DNA of 64,000 nucleotides from Nitrosopumilus sp. (GTDB lineage Archaea; Thermoproteota; Nitrososphaeria; Nitrososphaerales; Nitrosopumilaceae): NCBI GenBank assembly GCA_965214775.1, contig OZ243974.1, positions 1,408,001 to 1,472,000 of the forward strand, read 5' to 3'. Shown piece by piece: positions 43,726 to 53,498 of this stretch (position 1 is its first letter; each line of letters starts with the position of its first letter). The notes under the pieces were generated by a model. It saw only the letters and a program-made list of their open reading frames with translations, ran no database searches and was not told where the DNA came from. The position numbers and the translations under genes were made by a program.

Positions 43726-45336
43726 ATGCTCAAAATTGCGCCCCTCCTTGCATTGATTGTGTTTCTGCCCGCCGTGGCGGCCTCAATACATGCCGAAGAG
43801 TCTCAAACAGACGACTTGGCCGACGCACACGCCAAAATCACGCGGTACATGCAAGCGCAAAGCGACGCAATCCTGACCCATTCATCACCGCAACGACAAC
43901 AGCCCGACATAGCAGACGAACTGCCGGTGTTCATGTCGTTTGTAAACAGGACATCCAACGAGCTGGTATAGCAACGGGCAGAAGTCTTTGAGTCAAAGTA
44001 GGTCATAACTACACGTAAAAAACCTCAATTATTTCTGCTCGTTGCTATAGTCGGCCTTAATCGAAATGCCACCGGGACGGCAGAGCAGTACATGGAAAAG
44101 ATACGACAAATTACAAACGGTTCTGCCATTCCGGTACGACTAGTCTCAGGCTACTTTGTAGAGGAGTCATGCGATGCAGTCAATGCCAGGTGCGATCCAC
44201 TGATCGGGGGAATAGAGATCGGTCCCGTTACGGGTGGTCGTGGGGCGCTTACACTTCCTGTAATTAACAACAACGAACGCGGTTTTGTAATGTCGGGCCA
44301 TGTTGCAACCCATGACAAACCCAACAAGGGGATATGGCAGCCATACATAAGAAACGATATAAGTATTAATGTGGGTGTTATAACAACAAACCCATCAGGC
44401 ACCCGCAGCAGCGACTCTGCGTTTGTCCGTACGCTTGACAGCATTGCGTTGGAGCAAAAGATCTTCAACCCCGACGGCGATCCGTATGACGTTGTAGGGA
44501 CAAGAACGTCCGAGGTTCATGACATTGTGTACATGGCAGGGATAATAAACAAGACCATTAATGGTAAAAACTACACGACCACTTCCGGCGGAGTGCTTTC
44601 AACCGGGGTCACGATAGACAGTCAGATATACGGGACGCTTACCAACCAAAACGTGGCCTCATACCTGTCAGCAAGCGGTGACAGCGGGGCCCCCGTTTAC
44701 TCCCTCGATTCCGGAGACGGCGTGCTGCTTCACGGCATCCATGTGGGAAAGTCATGTTTCAGTGACTTTCCGCCGACGATCCAAATACCATATGTCTGCG
44801 AATACCCCTGGACCGTATACTCGCCCTGGGAGCATGTCCAGTCCGAACTGAACCTGAGACCCATTGTTGGGGGGGAAATATTCGACCTTCTAGGAATATA
44901 TTACGCAAGGCCCGACCTGCAGGCCGCATACCCGGAGGCTGCCTCCGGCGACATGGCCGGACTGATTAGGTGGGCCTGGCATCACGGAATCAACGAGTCT
45001 CCCACAGTCCTGGGCCCGCACGCGCACACGTATGCGCTGCTGCACATATGGAACCAGAGGCCCGACCTGCAGGCAGCCTGGCCGGAGGCCGCAACAGGCG
45101 ACCGTGCCGCACTGACTGTCTGGGCGCGCGACTGGGGAATCAACGAGTCTCCCACAGTCCTGGGCCCGCACGCGCACACGTATGCGCTGCTCTCCATACA
45201 TGACTCAAGACCGGATCTGCAGGCAGCATACCCCGAGGCCGCAACAGGCGACCGCACCGGGCTGTCCAAGTGGGCACGGGATCACGGGGTCACCGCCTAC
45301 CCGTCCATCTTGGGTCCGTATGCGGGAAGTTACTGA
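43726..45336 (+). pseudogene. secreted S1 serine protease allele A, interrupted by MITE A
   Basis: SGH / SDSA / GDSG triad; MITE at 43969-44047 in the prodomain; 3 C-terminal RPDL repeats. Confidence 0.85.
43969..44047. mobile_element. MITE family A copy
   Basis: 79 bp, TA duplicated, absent at the paralogous site in unit B. Confidence 0.92.
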
Positions 45337-45587
45337 CGGCTACGGACGAGATTCACCCGTTGCCATCTGCACAGGCATGAATTACATACTTCTGGGAAAA
45401 TTGGGCATCGTAATACACGCATCAAAAAATGGATCATGATTTTGCCACATCGTGTCTGTTTTGACACAAAAGTGTTTGATTTTCAACTGTGCACACTACG
45501 GATCATATCTCTGGGCAACATTTGGCATCATCATCATACCCTGCAAATACCCTAGTGGGAATGTAATCTGATGTCCCAGCTGAAATA

Positions 45588-45848
45588 TTGCGCAAGAGAA
45601 AAGGCCAAAACGAAGAGTTCCAGACAAAGTGCCACTTTTGCAAGAAGGAATTCTTCTTAAAAAGAAACCAGTTTGACAAAATAGTAAAGAAAAGGCCGTT
45701 CTGCCAGAGCTGCAAGAAAAACACGCCTCCCGACGTTCCAAGCCTCTACTGCAAATCATGCAAGAGAAACATCTTCTCAAAGTATGAGAATCCTAGATGC
45801 TACAAGTGTGGGGGACATTCCCAACTGGTTCCATTCGCATCAGGCTAG
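45588..45848 (+). pseudogene. zinc-ribbon 3' part homologous to 18660-18909
   Basis: Four CxxC pairs; lacks the Lys-rich N-terminus. Confidence 0.55.
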
Positions 45849-45962
45849 CTTGGGTACGGCATGATGATGGCAGAATAGAACTTGGGATTTGTCTCAAACC
45901 CCAGCAGAAAGGGTGAACCTTGTATAGCAAACAACTTAAGGCGCAAAGATGCCCAAAGTGCC

Positions 45963-46727
45963 ATGGAGCACATCAACGGCGGCACTAGCGCCGGCGAGGG
46001 AGGGAGGCCTGTCAGCAGGGTCTGGGCGTGTGTGTTCTCAATCACCATATTTGCGGTGTTGTGGACCGGCAAGATGAAAAAGACGAGAAGATGGGCGGCA
46101 CTCTTTGCGGTGCTTGTACTGGCCTTCTCGGCAGACGAGATGCTCTACCCGCTTGACGGTTCCACGACCTGGTGGGATCTGGTGGGGTATGATGTCCCAA
46201 ACCCACAAATCGAGGATCTCGTAGGTACGGTAATGCAGAGCATTACCTCTGATACTACTGATGCCATCGCAGACGGCACGATACGCGCCGCATCCGTGGT
46301 GCTGACGCTGCTGTGGGACTGGGTTGTGCCCGTCGGCCCCGTGTTTGCCATGATATACTGCATGTTCAGGTGGACTACCAAGTACAACCTTGAGAACTTT
46401 GGATGCAGGTCAAAGAGGGAATGGAAGCGTAGGGATCCTGTGCAGAGAAACGTTGAGGAAGAGGTGGCCGATGCAGGCCGGAGAGTGGCGGCGGGCTTTG
46501 GGAATCTCGGCAAAAGGGCTGCAGGGAGGGTGCCGTCCGGGAAGATAAGGGGCTACGGCGCGTCTGCAGCAGACAAGGCGACATGGCTCTCAGAGAAGAT
46601 GCGAGAACCAAACCACGACAGGGCAATAAGGGAGATCGAGAAATATCACGACCTGATGTTGCGTGGAATAATCTCAAGATCCGACTTTGAAATGAAAAAG
46701 GACGCGCTGCTGGGCCTCGAAAAGTAG
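45963..46727 (+). CDS. membrane protein with SHOCT domain, copy 2
   Basis: Near-identical to 19023-19787. Confidence 0.75.
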   Translation: MEHINGGTSAGEGGRPVSRVWACVFSITIFAVLWTGKMKKTRRWAALFAVLVLAFSADEMLYPLDGSTTWWDLVGYDVPNPQIEDLVGTVMQSITSDTTDAIADGTIRAASVVLTLLWDWVVPVGPVFAMIYCMFRWTTKYNLENFGCRSKREWKRRDPVQRNVEEEVADAGRRVAAGFGNLGKRAAGRVPSGKIRGYGASAADKATWLSEKMREPNHDRAIREIEKYHDLMLRGIISRSDFEMKKDALLGLEK

Positions 46728-46943
46728 CCGGCCACGATCCTAAAAACTGTCATTTGACAAGCATCATCCTTGTTGATATTGCATCCTGTTTCAGGATGCC
46801 TGCATTTGGAACAGTCTTCCTAGAAGTAATCCCGAAAACGACCTTGGATTTGAAATAAATCAAGTTATGGTGCATGGTATCTGACCGTCGACGGTTTGTG
46901 CAAAACATAGTGTTAAAATATGGAATATGGTACAGAATGCTGA

Positions 46944-47186
46944 ATGGTCAGACTGGATCTTGCACGCCTTGGCACGGATAATTCTGGCAACCATCCCCGT
47001 CAATGTGACATTGACGATGTAACGGGATCAGCAGACGGAGGAGGAAGAATCAGGTTTGGCGATAGCAGCTTTACAATTGAAGAAAAGAATCCACGCCTGA
47101 TAATACTGCCAATGGACGACGTCTGGAGACTTGGCGAAGCGCTGTCTGAGGCGCACGCGCAGGAGGGCGAGGCATGGCGGCAATAG
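46944..47186 (+). CDS. small hypothetical protein, cassette unit B
   Basis: Paralog of 43098-43334. Confidence 0.5.
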   Translation: MVRLDLARLGTDNSGNHPRQCDIDDVTGSADGGGRIRFGDSSFTIEEKNPRLIILPMDDVWRLGEALSEAHAQEGEAWRQ

Positions 47187-47479
47187 ACAGGCTTGCGGCA
47201 CTCTGGAGCGCGGCCATAGTGACATTGGCAGTAGGCGTTACGCTTGCAATGTCATCTGCCGGGCCAGAGCCGGCCGGCACGGACATAGATCCCACTGCAC
47301 CGTCTGCACTGTGCGAGTCCCACGGGTATGAATGGAGTGAAAAGTATGATTATTGTCATATGCGTAATATTGATTTATGCCGTGATTGGGGGGGCAGAGC
47401 TGCCTGCTATCCTGGTCCGGAACTTAATTGCTTTAAGCGTACTTGTGTGGATGTGTGTTGGATGGGTTGTGGGTTTTAG
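47174..47479 (+). CDS. secreted 8-Cys miniprotein, allele B
   Basis: Similar leader to allele A, different core, 8 Cys, ends CWMGCGF. Confidence 0.75.
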   Translation: MAAIDRLAALWSAAIVTLAVGVTLAMSSAGPEPAGTDIDPTAPSALCESHGYEWSEKYDYCHMRNIDLCRDWGGRAACYPGPELNCFKRTCVDVCWMGCGF

Positions 47480-47481
47480 AC

Positions 47482-49242
47482 ATGCTCAAAATTGCGCCCC
47501 TCCTTGCATTGATTGTGTTTCTGCCCGCCGTGGCGGCCTCAATACATGCCGAAGAGTCTCAAACAGACGACTTGGCCGACGCACACGCCAAAATCACGCG
47601 GTACATGCAAGCGCAAAGCGACGCAATCCTGACCCATTCATCACCGCAACGACAACAGCCCGACATAGCAGACGAACTGCCGGTGTTCATGTCGTTTGTA
47701 AATAGGACATCCAACGAGCTGGTGATCGGCCTGGATCGAAATGCCACCGGGACGGCAGAGCAATACATGGAAAAGATACGACAAATTACAAACGGTTCTG
47801 CCATTCCAGTACGACTAGTCTCAGGCTACTTTGTAGAGGAGTCATGTGATGCAGTCAATGACAGGTGCGATCCGCTGATCGGTGGTATAGAAGTCAGCGT
47901 CAATGTACACCCATCCATTCCCAAGTTTCCGGTTGGTCCAATCACAATTCCTGTAGTTAACAACAATGGGGATTTGGGATTTGTCATGTCAGGTCATGTA
48001 GCTGGTACCCGCCTTAATGTTGGCATATTCCAGCCAAATGAGAATCACTTGAACCATATTGGTGTGGGAAATGTGATCACTAATCCAACCAATGCCCGGT
48101 CTAGCGACTCTGCGTTTGTCCGTACGCTTGACAACATTGCGTTGGAGCAAAAGATCTTCAACCCCGACGGCGATCCGTATGACGTTGTAGGGACAAGAAC
48201 GTCCGAGGTTCATGACATTGTGTACATGGCAGGGATAATAAACAAGACCATTAATGGTAAAAACTACACGACCACTTCCGGCGGAGTGCTTTCAACCGGG
48301 GTCACGATAGACAGTCAGATATACGGGACGCTTACCAACCAAAACGTGGCCTCATACCTGTCAGCAAGCGGTGACAGCGGGGCCCCCGTTTACTCCCTCG
48401 ATTCCGGAGACGGCGTGCTGCTTCACGGCATCCATGTGGGAAAGTCATGTTTCAGTGACTTTCCGCCGACGATCCAAATACCATATGTCTGCGAATACCC
48501 CTGGACCGTATACTCGCCCTGGGAGCATGTCCAGTCCGAGCTGAACCTGAGACCCATTGTTGGAGGGGAAATATTCGACCTTCTAGGAATATATTACGCA
48601 AGGCCCGACCTGCAGGCCGCATACCCGGAGGCTGCCTCCGGCGACATGGCCGGACTGATCGGATGGGCTTGGCAGTACGGAACAGTCGACTATCCAAACG
48701 ACCCCAACGGTCCACACGCCGTGCTGGGCCCACACGCGCACACGTACGCATTAATGCACATTTGGAACCAGAGGCCCGACCTGCAGGCCGCATACCCGGA
48801 GGCTGCCTCCGGCGACATGGCCGGACTGATCGGATGGGCTTGGCAGTACGGAACAGTCGACTATCCAAACGACCCCAACGGTCCACACGCCGTGCTGGGC
48901 CCACACGCGCACACGTACGCGCTGATCACAATCTATGATGTAAGGCCGGATCTACGTACAGCGTACCCAGAGGCAGTTGCAGGCGACCGCGCTGCCCTCA
49001 CGGTCTGGGCGCGCGACTGGGGAATCAGCGACTATCCAAACGACCCCAACGGTCCACACGCCGTGCTGGGCCCACACGCGCACACGTACGCGCTGATCAC
49101 AATCTATGATGTAAGGCCGGATCTACGTACAGCGTACCCAGAGGCAGTTGCAGGCGACCACGCCGGGCTGTCCAAGTGGGCACGGGATCACGGGGTCACC
49201 GCCTACCCGTCCATCTTGGGTCCGTATGCGGGAAGTTACTGA
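47482..49242 (+). CDS. secreted trypsin-like (S1, alpha-lytic-type) serine protease allele B with 4 C-terminal repeats
   Basis: Signal peptide, prodomain, FVMSGHV, SSDSA, SGDSGAPV, RPDL..AYPEA..GD...L..WA...G repeats. Confidence 0.88.
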   Translation: MLKIAPLLALIVFLPAVAASIHAEESQTDDLADAHAKITRYMQAQSDAILTHSSPQRQQPDIADELPVFMSFVNRTSNELVIGLDRNATGTAEQYMEKIRQITNGSAIPVRLVSGYFVEESCDAVNDRCDPLIGGIEVSVNVHPSIPKFPVGPITIPVVNNNGDLGFVMSGHVAGTRLNVGIFQPNENHLNHIGVGNVITNPTNARSSDSAFVRTLDNIALEQKIFNPDGDPYDVVGTRTSEVHDIVYMAGIINKTINGKNYTTTSGGVLSTGVTIDSQIYGTLTNQNVASYLSASGDSGAPVYSLDSGDGVLLHGIHVGKSCFSDFPPTIQIPYVCEYPWTVYSPWEHVQSELNLRPIVGGEIFDLLGIYYARPDLQAAYPEAASGDMAGLIGWAWQYGTVDYPNDPNGPHAVLGPHAHTYALMHIWNQRPDLQAAYPEAASGDMAGLIGWAWQYGTVDYPNDPNGPHAVLGPHAHTYALITIYDVRPDLRTAYPEAVAGDRAALTVWARDWGISDYPNDPNGPHAVLGPHAHTYALITIYDVRPDLRTAYPEAVAGDHAGLSKWARDHGVTAYPSILGPYAGSY

Positions 49243-49244
49243 CG

Positions 49245-50379
49245 TAGTATCTACGTCAGCCATTTGTTCATCTTTACCACCTTTATCTCGCCCCTGCGCG
49301 TCATACTGCGCAGTGATCTCTGCATCTCCTTGACGGTCTTGTAAAGGCAGTTTGAAGTCGCCTTTTTGAACCCGCGCCACTGCCCCTCCGAGTTGTTAAG
49401 CTCCGGCGCGTACGGCGGCAGGTACTTTAGCACCACGTCCCCGTTCCACTTGGCCATCTTTCTATTGAGTTCTGCTGACTTGTGGTACGATGCGTTGTCG
49501 ACAAACAACAACACCTTGCCGTACTTGCGGCGCAGTGTCCTGAGAAACTTGTAGAACGTTCCCGTGTTGGCCTTTTCGTAAAAGCGATAGTCAAACCTGT
49601 TTCTTGAGAGGGCCCCTATGACATAGAACCGCTTCCTAGACAGGCTGACGGGCGTATAGACCGGCTCTCCTACGGGGTACCAGCTGTTCTTGACGTTCCA
49701 TCCCAGTATGAACATGGACTCGTCGCCTATCATTACCGTGTACCCCTTTTTTGAATAGTACTTTGCGCTCTGCCTAGCTTTTTTTTTGAACTCCTTTTTC
49801 TCGGATTCTGAGGCTGATTTTGGGTGTTTTGGCCTGGGCTTTCTGCATGAGAAGCCGATTCTGTGCAGCAGGTCGTACATGCTCGTTTCTGCATACGTGA
49901 TGCCGAACTTCTTTTTGACGTGGGCAATGACCAGCGGCCCTGTCCATGTTGTGGCCTTAAAGCCGCAGTTGTCCGGGCCCTTGATCAGGTCTGCGCGCAG
50001 CCGTTCAAGCTGTTTCTTGTCGAGCCTGCACGGGGCGCCATGCTTTATGTCAAACCTGCCCTCCAGGCCATGCTTGTGCGCACGCACCAGCCAGTATCGT
50101 ACGGTTCCATACGGCCTGCTCAGCTTCTCGGCAATATCATATATGCTCGCGCCGCACTTTCTCATGTGGTATGCAAGGAGCCGGATTGCCGCCTTGGCGT
50201 CCTTCTCGGACTTGTGCATCCTAAAAAGCTCGTCCTTGCTTGCTATCCCGTACAGGAACGCTGTTCCCGTCGGTAATTCCTTCTTTCCTTTCATGTGTAT
50301 ATATGGGACTAATAGCTCTTAGATCCTTTGGTTGAAAAAAATTGTCCTTTTTGTGATCAATTGGTAGCCGAGGATACTA
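49245..50379 (-). mobile_element. IS630-family element copy 2 (transposase 49251-50294)
   Basis: Protein identical to copy 1; flanked by CG; empty site visible at 45331-45345. Confidence 0.92.
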
Positions 50380-50630
50380 CGGCTACGGACGAGATTCACC
50401 CGTTGCCATCTGCACAGGCATGAATTACATACTTCTGGGAAAATTGGGCATCGTAATACACGCATCAAAAAATGGATCATGATTTTGCCACATCGTGTCT
50501 GTTTTGACACAAAAGTGTTTGATTTTCAACTGTGCACACTACGGATCATATCTCTGGGCAACATTTGGCATCATCATCATACCCTGCAAATACCCTAGTG
50601 GGAATGTAATCTGATGTCCCAGCTGAAATA

Positions 50631-50891
50631 TTGCGCAAGAGAAAAGGCCAAAACGAAGAGTTCCAGACAAAGTGCCACTTTTGCAAGAAGGAATTCTTCT
50701 TAAAAAGAAACCAGTTTGACAAAATAGTAAAGAAAAGGCCGTTCTGCCAGAGCTGCAAGAAAAACACGCCTCCCGACGTTCCAAGCCTCTACTGCAAATC
50801 ATGCAAGAGAAACATCTTCTCAAAGTATGAGAATCCCAGATGCTACAAGTGTGGGGGACATTCCCAACTGGTTCCATTCGCATCAGGCTAG
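50631..50891 (+). pseudogene. zinc-ribbon fragment, unit B copy
   Basis: Protein identical to 45588-45848. Confidence 0.55.
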
Positions 50892-51225
50892 CTCGGATAC
50901 TGGATGATGATGGCAGAATAGGCTTGGATTTGTCTCAGACCACAGCAGAAAGGTCTGCCATCCGTACACATTCATGCCATCGTTGTGTATGGCCAGCTTT
51001 AAACCGAACCCGATGTAGTAGATATTCGACTTGGAATGCCCTGTGGGCTAAAGCCTGCGTATGCCGTTAGTGCAACGAACAGCACTGCAAGATAAGAAAC
51101 TCAAACAACAACTTCTAAAATCATGGAATTGGTAACTTGGCAAATACCTGAGATCAATGGAAAAGAAGGGTACTAAATCCAAACGCCGATCATGTGGTTA
51201 AATAGAAATTCTACAAGCATCAGCA

Positions 51226-51652
51226 ATGAACAAAAAGGTACTCAGTTATTCCTGGTGTCATCGCGACTATTGTGCTGGTGCCTTTTCTTGGTCAGATCTC
51301 GACGGACGTCGAACAGCGCAAGGCCTTCGCCGACGTTACGCCCTGCGGGCATGACCTGTATCTGGACGGCTTTGACTTTCGTGTTGATATCTGTATGCAT
51401 AATCCCGGCAACGTCAAGGCGGTTCTGGATCGCGCCGATGTGTGGGTCTATGACGGTGACAACGAGGTTGCAACCGTTGACCTGCCCTATAACATGCAGA
51501 TTCCACCAGGGGAAACCGTATGGGTTGATGCCGATTTGACGTTTTCCGGATTGAGAGGCATGCTAAGCGGGATTATGATTGAAAACCAAGTCGTTTATTG
51601 GTGCGGCTATTATGATAGTCCGATAGGGCCGTTTGAGAGTTGCAATTTCTGA
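51226..51652 (+). CDS. LEA_2-like membrane-anchored protein (apparent +1 frameshift in 5' A-run)
   Basis: MHNPGNVKAVLDRADVWVY...IPPGET pattern; signal anchor in frame only if one A is removed at about 51235. Confidence 0.55.
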
Positions 51653-51913
51653 TTTTATAACGCCGGGTCACGTCAGATACAGCATCGGGCGATCTGGTGG
51701 TTCGCGCATTGGATGTAATCATAAAATGAGAATGGGGCGACAAATGGCATCGGCGCCTCTCAAACGTGGTCTTCCGGGAGATCTCCACACGATCACATTC
51801 TTTCAGATACAGCATAGGGCAGGTGCGTGTTGGCGCCGCCAAAACGCCACGACCCCGCCTAATCTAAAACCAATCTGTTAAAAAGACACAGCTCATTTTC
51901 GTTGACAATCCCA

Positions 51914-52123
51914 CTAGACACGCTCAGCAGCATACCAGATGGCAATCCCTGCACCAAGCAAGGCATACCATTTGAAGTTCTTCTTGTTCATGAAGATGTT
52001 GGCCGATGCTGACTCCCCGTCCTTGTGATAGACTGTCAGGCGGATTTTTCTCATCTCAAAGGCCTGCCCGACTAGTCCTATCACGAGCAGGGCAATTGCG
52101 ACAAAGCCCATGGTCCATTCCAT
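51914..52123 (-). CDS. small conserved membrane protein
   Basis: MEWTMGFVAIALLVIGLVGQAFEMRKIR...; two TM segments. Confidence 0.7.
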   Translation of the reverse strand: MEWTMGFVAIALLVIGLVGQAFEMRKIRLTVYHKDGESASANIFMNKKNFKWYALLGAGIAIWYAAERV

Positions 52124-52342
52124 AAAGGATGTAATGATTTCTCCGATATGTAGTTTCCATCTGAGCAAAAAAAAAAACAGTCTTCCCAGAAGTTCCCAGA
52201 AAAACGGCTCCAAATTTGCCACAATTCAGATTATGATGCCTGCAAATCCGCATGCAGCCGTCTGCACTGCCATGAGTCAGTTACATCTGTGAAGACTGAA
52301 AAAAGATAATTCTTTAAATTAGCATGTTTTTTTCTCTCCCCT

Positions 52343-53257
52343 ATGAGGGAAGTTGGAAAGATATGGATGAATGGAAGGTTGGTACCGTTCAGGGATGCCA
52401 GGATCCATGTTCTGACCCATGCATTACACTATTCAACATCTGTCTTTGAGGGAATTAGATGCTATGATACCCCCAACGGCCCGGCAATCTTCAGGCTTCC
52501 CGAACATGTTGACAGATTCTACAAATCGGCAAAGCTATACTCTATGAAAATGCAATTTACGAAAAATCAGATCAGTGAGGGAATTATCAAAACAGTAAAG
52601 GCTAGCGGTCACAAGGAATGTTACATCAGGCCGCTGGCATATTATGGCTATGGAGCTATGGGACTTACGCCAACTCAAAACAAGGTAGACGTCTCAATCT
52701 CATGTTGGGAATGGAACATGGGGGAATCCAAAGCTGGAAAGTTCTCGGGGGCAAAATGCAAGGTATCAAGCTGGATTAAAATCGACTCGCGCTCACAACC
52801 CATGCAGGCCAAGGCCGCGTCAAACTATGCAAATGCAGCGCTGGCAAGGATGGAAGCATTGGAAAACGGATATGACGAGGCCATCATGCTGAATTCACAT
52901 GGAAAAGTCGCAGAAGGAAGTGCCGAAAACATTTTCATTGTTAAAGATGACATGATACAAACACCACCGCTCTCTGCCGGTGGACTAGAGGGAATCACAA
53001 GGGATAGCGTCATCCAGATAACTGAGGAGAACGGGGGGTTTGTAGCTGAGAGGGATCTGGAAAGAGACGATCTTTATGCGGCCGATGAGATCTTTATGAC
53101 GGGCACCGCAGCCGAAGTAAAATCAGTCACCCAAGTTGACAAAACCAGGATAGGGAATGGGAAAATGGGAAGCATAACCAAGGCATTACAGAAGTCCTTT
53201 TCTGAGGCTGCAATGGGCAGGGATGAAAGATTCCTTTCATGGCTGACACTCGTATGA
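52343..53257 (+). CDS. ilvE: branched-chain amino acid aminotransferase
   Basis: HALHYSTSVFEGIR, AKAASNY, EGSAENIF, LEGITR, GTAAEV. Confidence 0.95.
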   Translation: MREVGKIWMNGRLVPFRDARIHVLTHALHYSTSVFEGIRCYDTPNGPAIFRLPEHVDRFYKSAKLYSMKMQFTKNQISEGIIKTVKASGHKECYIRPLAYYGYGAMGLTPTQNKVDVSISCWEWNMGESKAGKFSGAKCKVSSWIKIDSRSQPMQAKAASNYANAALARMEALENGYDEAIMLNSHGKVAEGSAENIFIVKDDMIQTPPLSAGGLEGITRDSVIQITEENGGFVAERDLERDDLYAADEIFMTGTAAEVKSVTQVDKTRIGNGKMGSITKALQKSFSEAAMGRDERFLSWLTLV

Positions 53258-53290
53258 TTCACGAGGTTTTTTAACCGCGGACTTTGGTAG

Positions 53291-53461
53291 ATGGTTATGG
53301 ATTCCTGTACGACTGGCGATGTGCCTGAAATATGCTGGTTTTGCAGAAAGGGCCGTTGTGATGATTGCATGAAAGAGATTCCCATTCAGGGAAGAATGTC
53401 TGACGGGCCTCATGACTGCACATTTGATACCAGATTGGTCCCATGCAGGTGTCAACACTGA
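53291..53461 (+). CDS. 56-aa Cys-rich (zinc-binding) microprotein
   Basis: MVMDSCTTGDVPEICWFCRKGRCDDC...CRCQH*; fills the gap between ilvE and the methyltransferase. Confidence 0.6.
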   Translation: MVMDSCTTGDVPEICWFCRKGRCDDCMKEIPIQGRMSDGPHDCTFDTRLVPCRCQH

Positions 53462-53498
53462 AAAATCAGTACAAATAAGGCTCCAATCTGGAAAAGTT

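Larger units (their letters stand above)
42779..50952 (+). repeat. tandem duplication of a ~3.8 kb cassette (just over two units)
   Basis: Sequence from 42779 recurs from about 46626; sequence from 45337 recurs from about 50380; only two blocks and the repeat region diverge strongly. Confidence 0.92.

Noticed and set aside
43331-49242. Diversity-generating retroelement as the source of cassette variation
   Set aside because: No reverse transcriptase in the window, and the differences include indels and are not confined to adenines.
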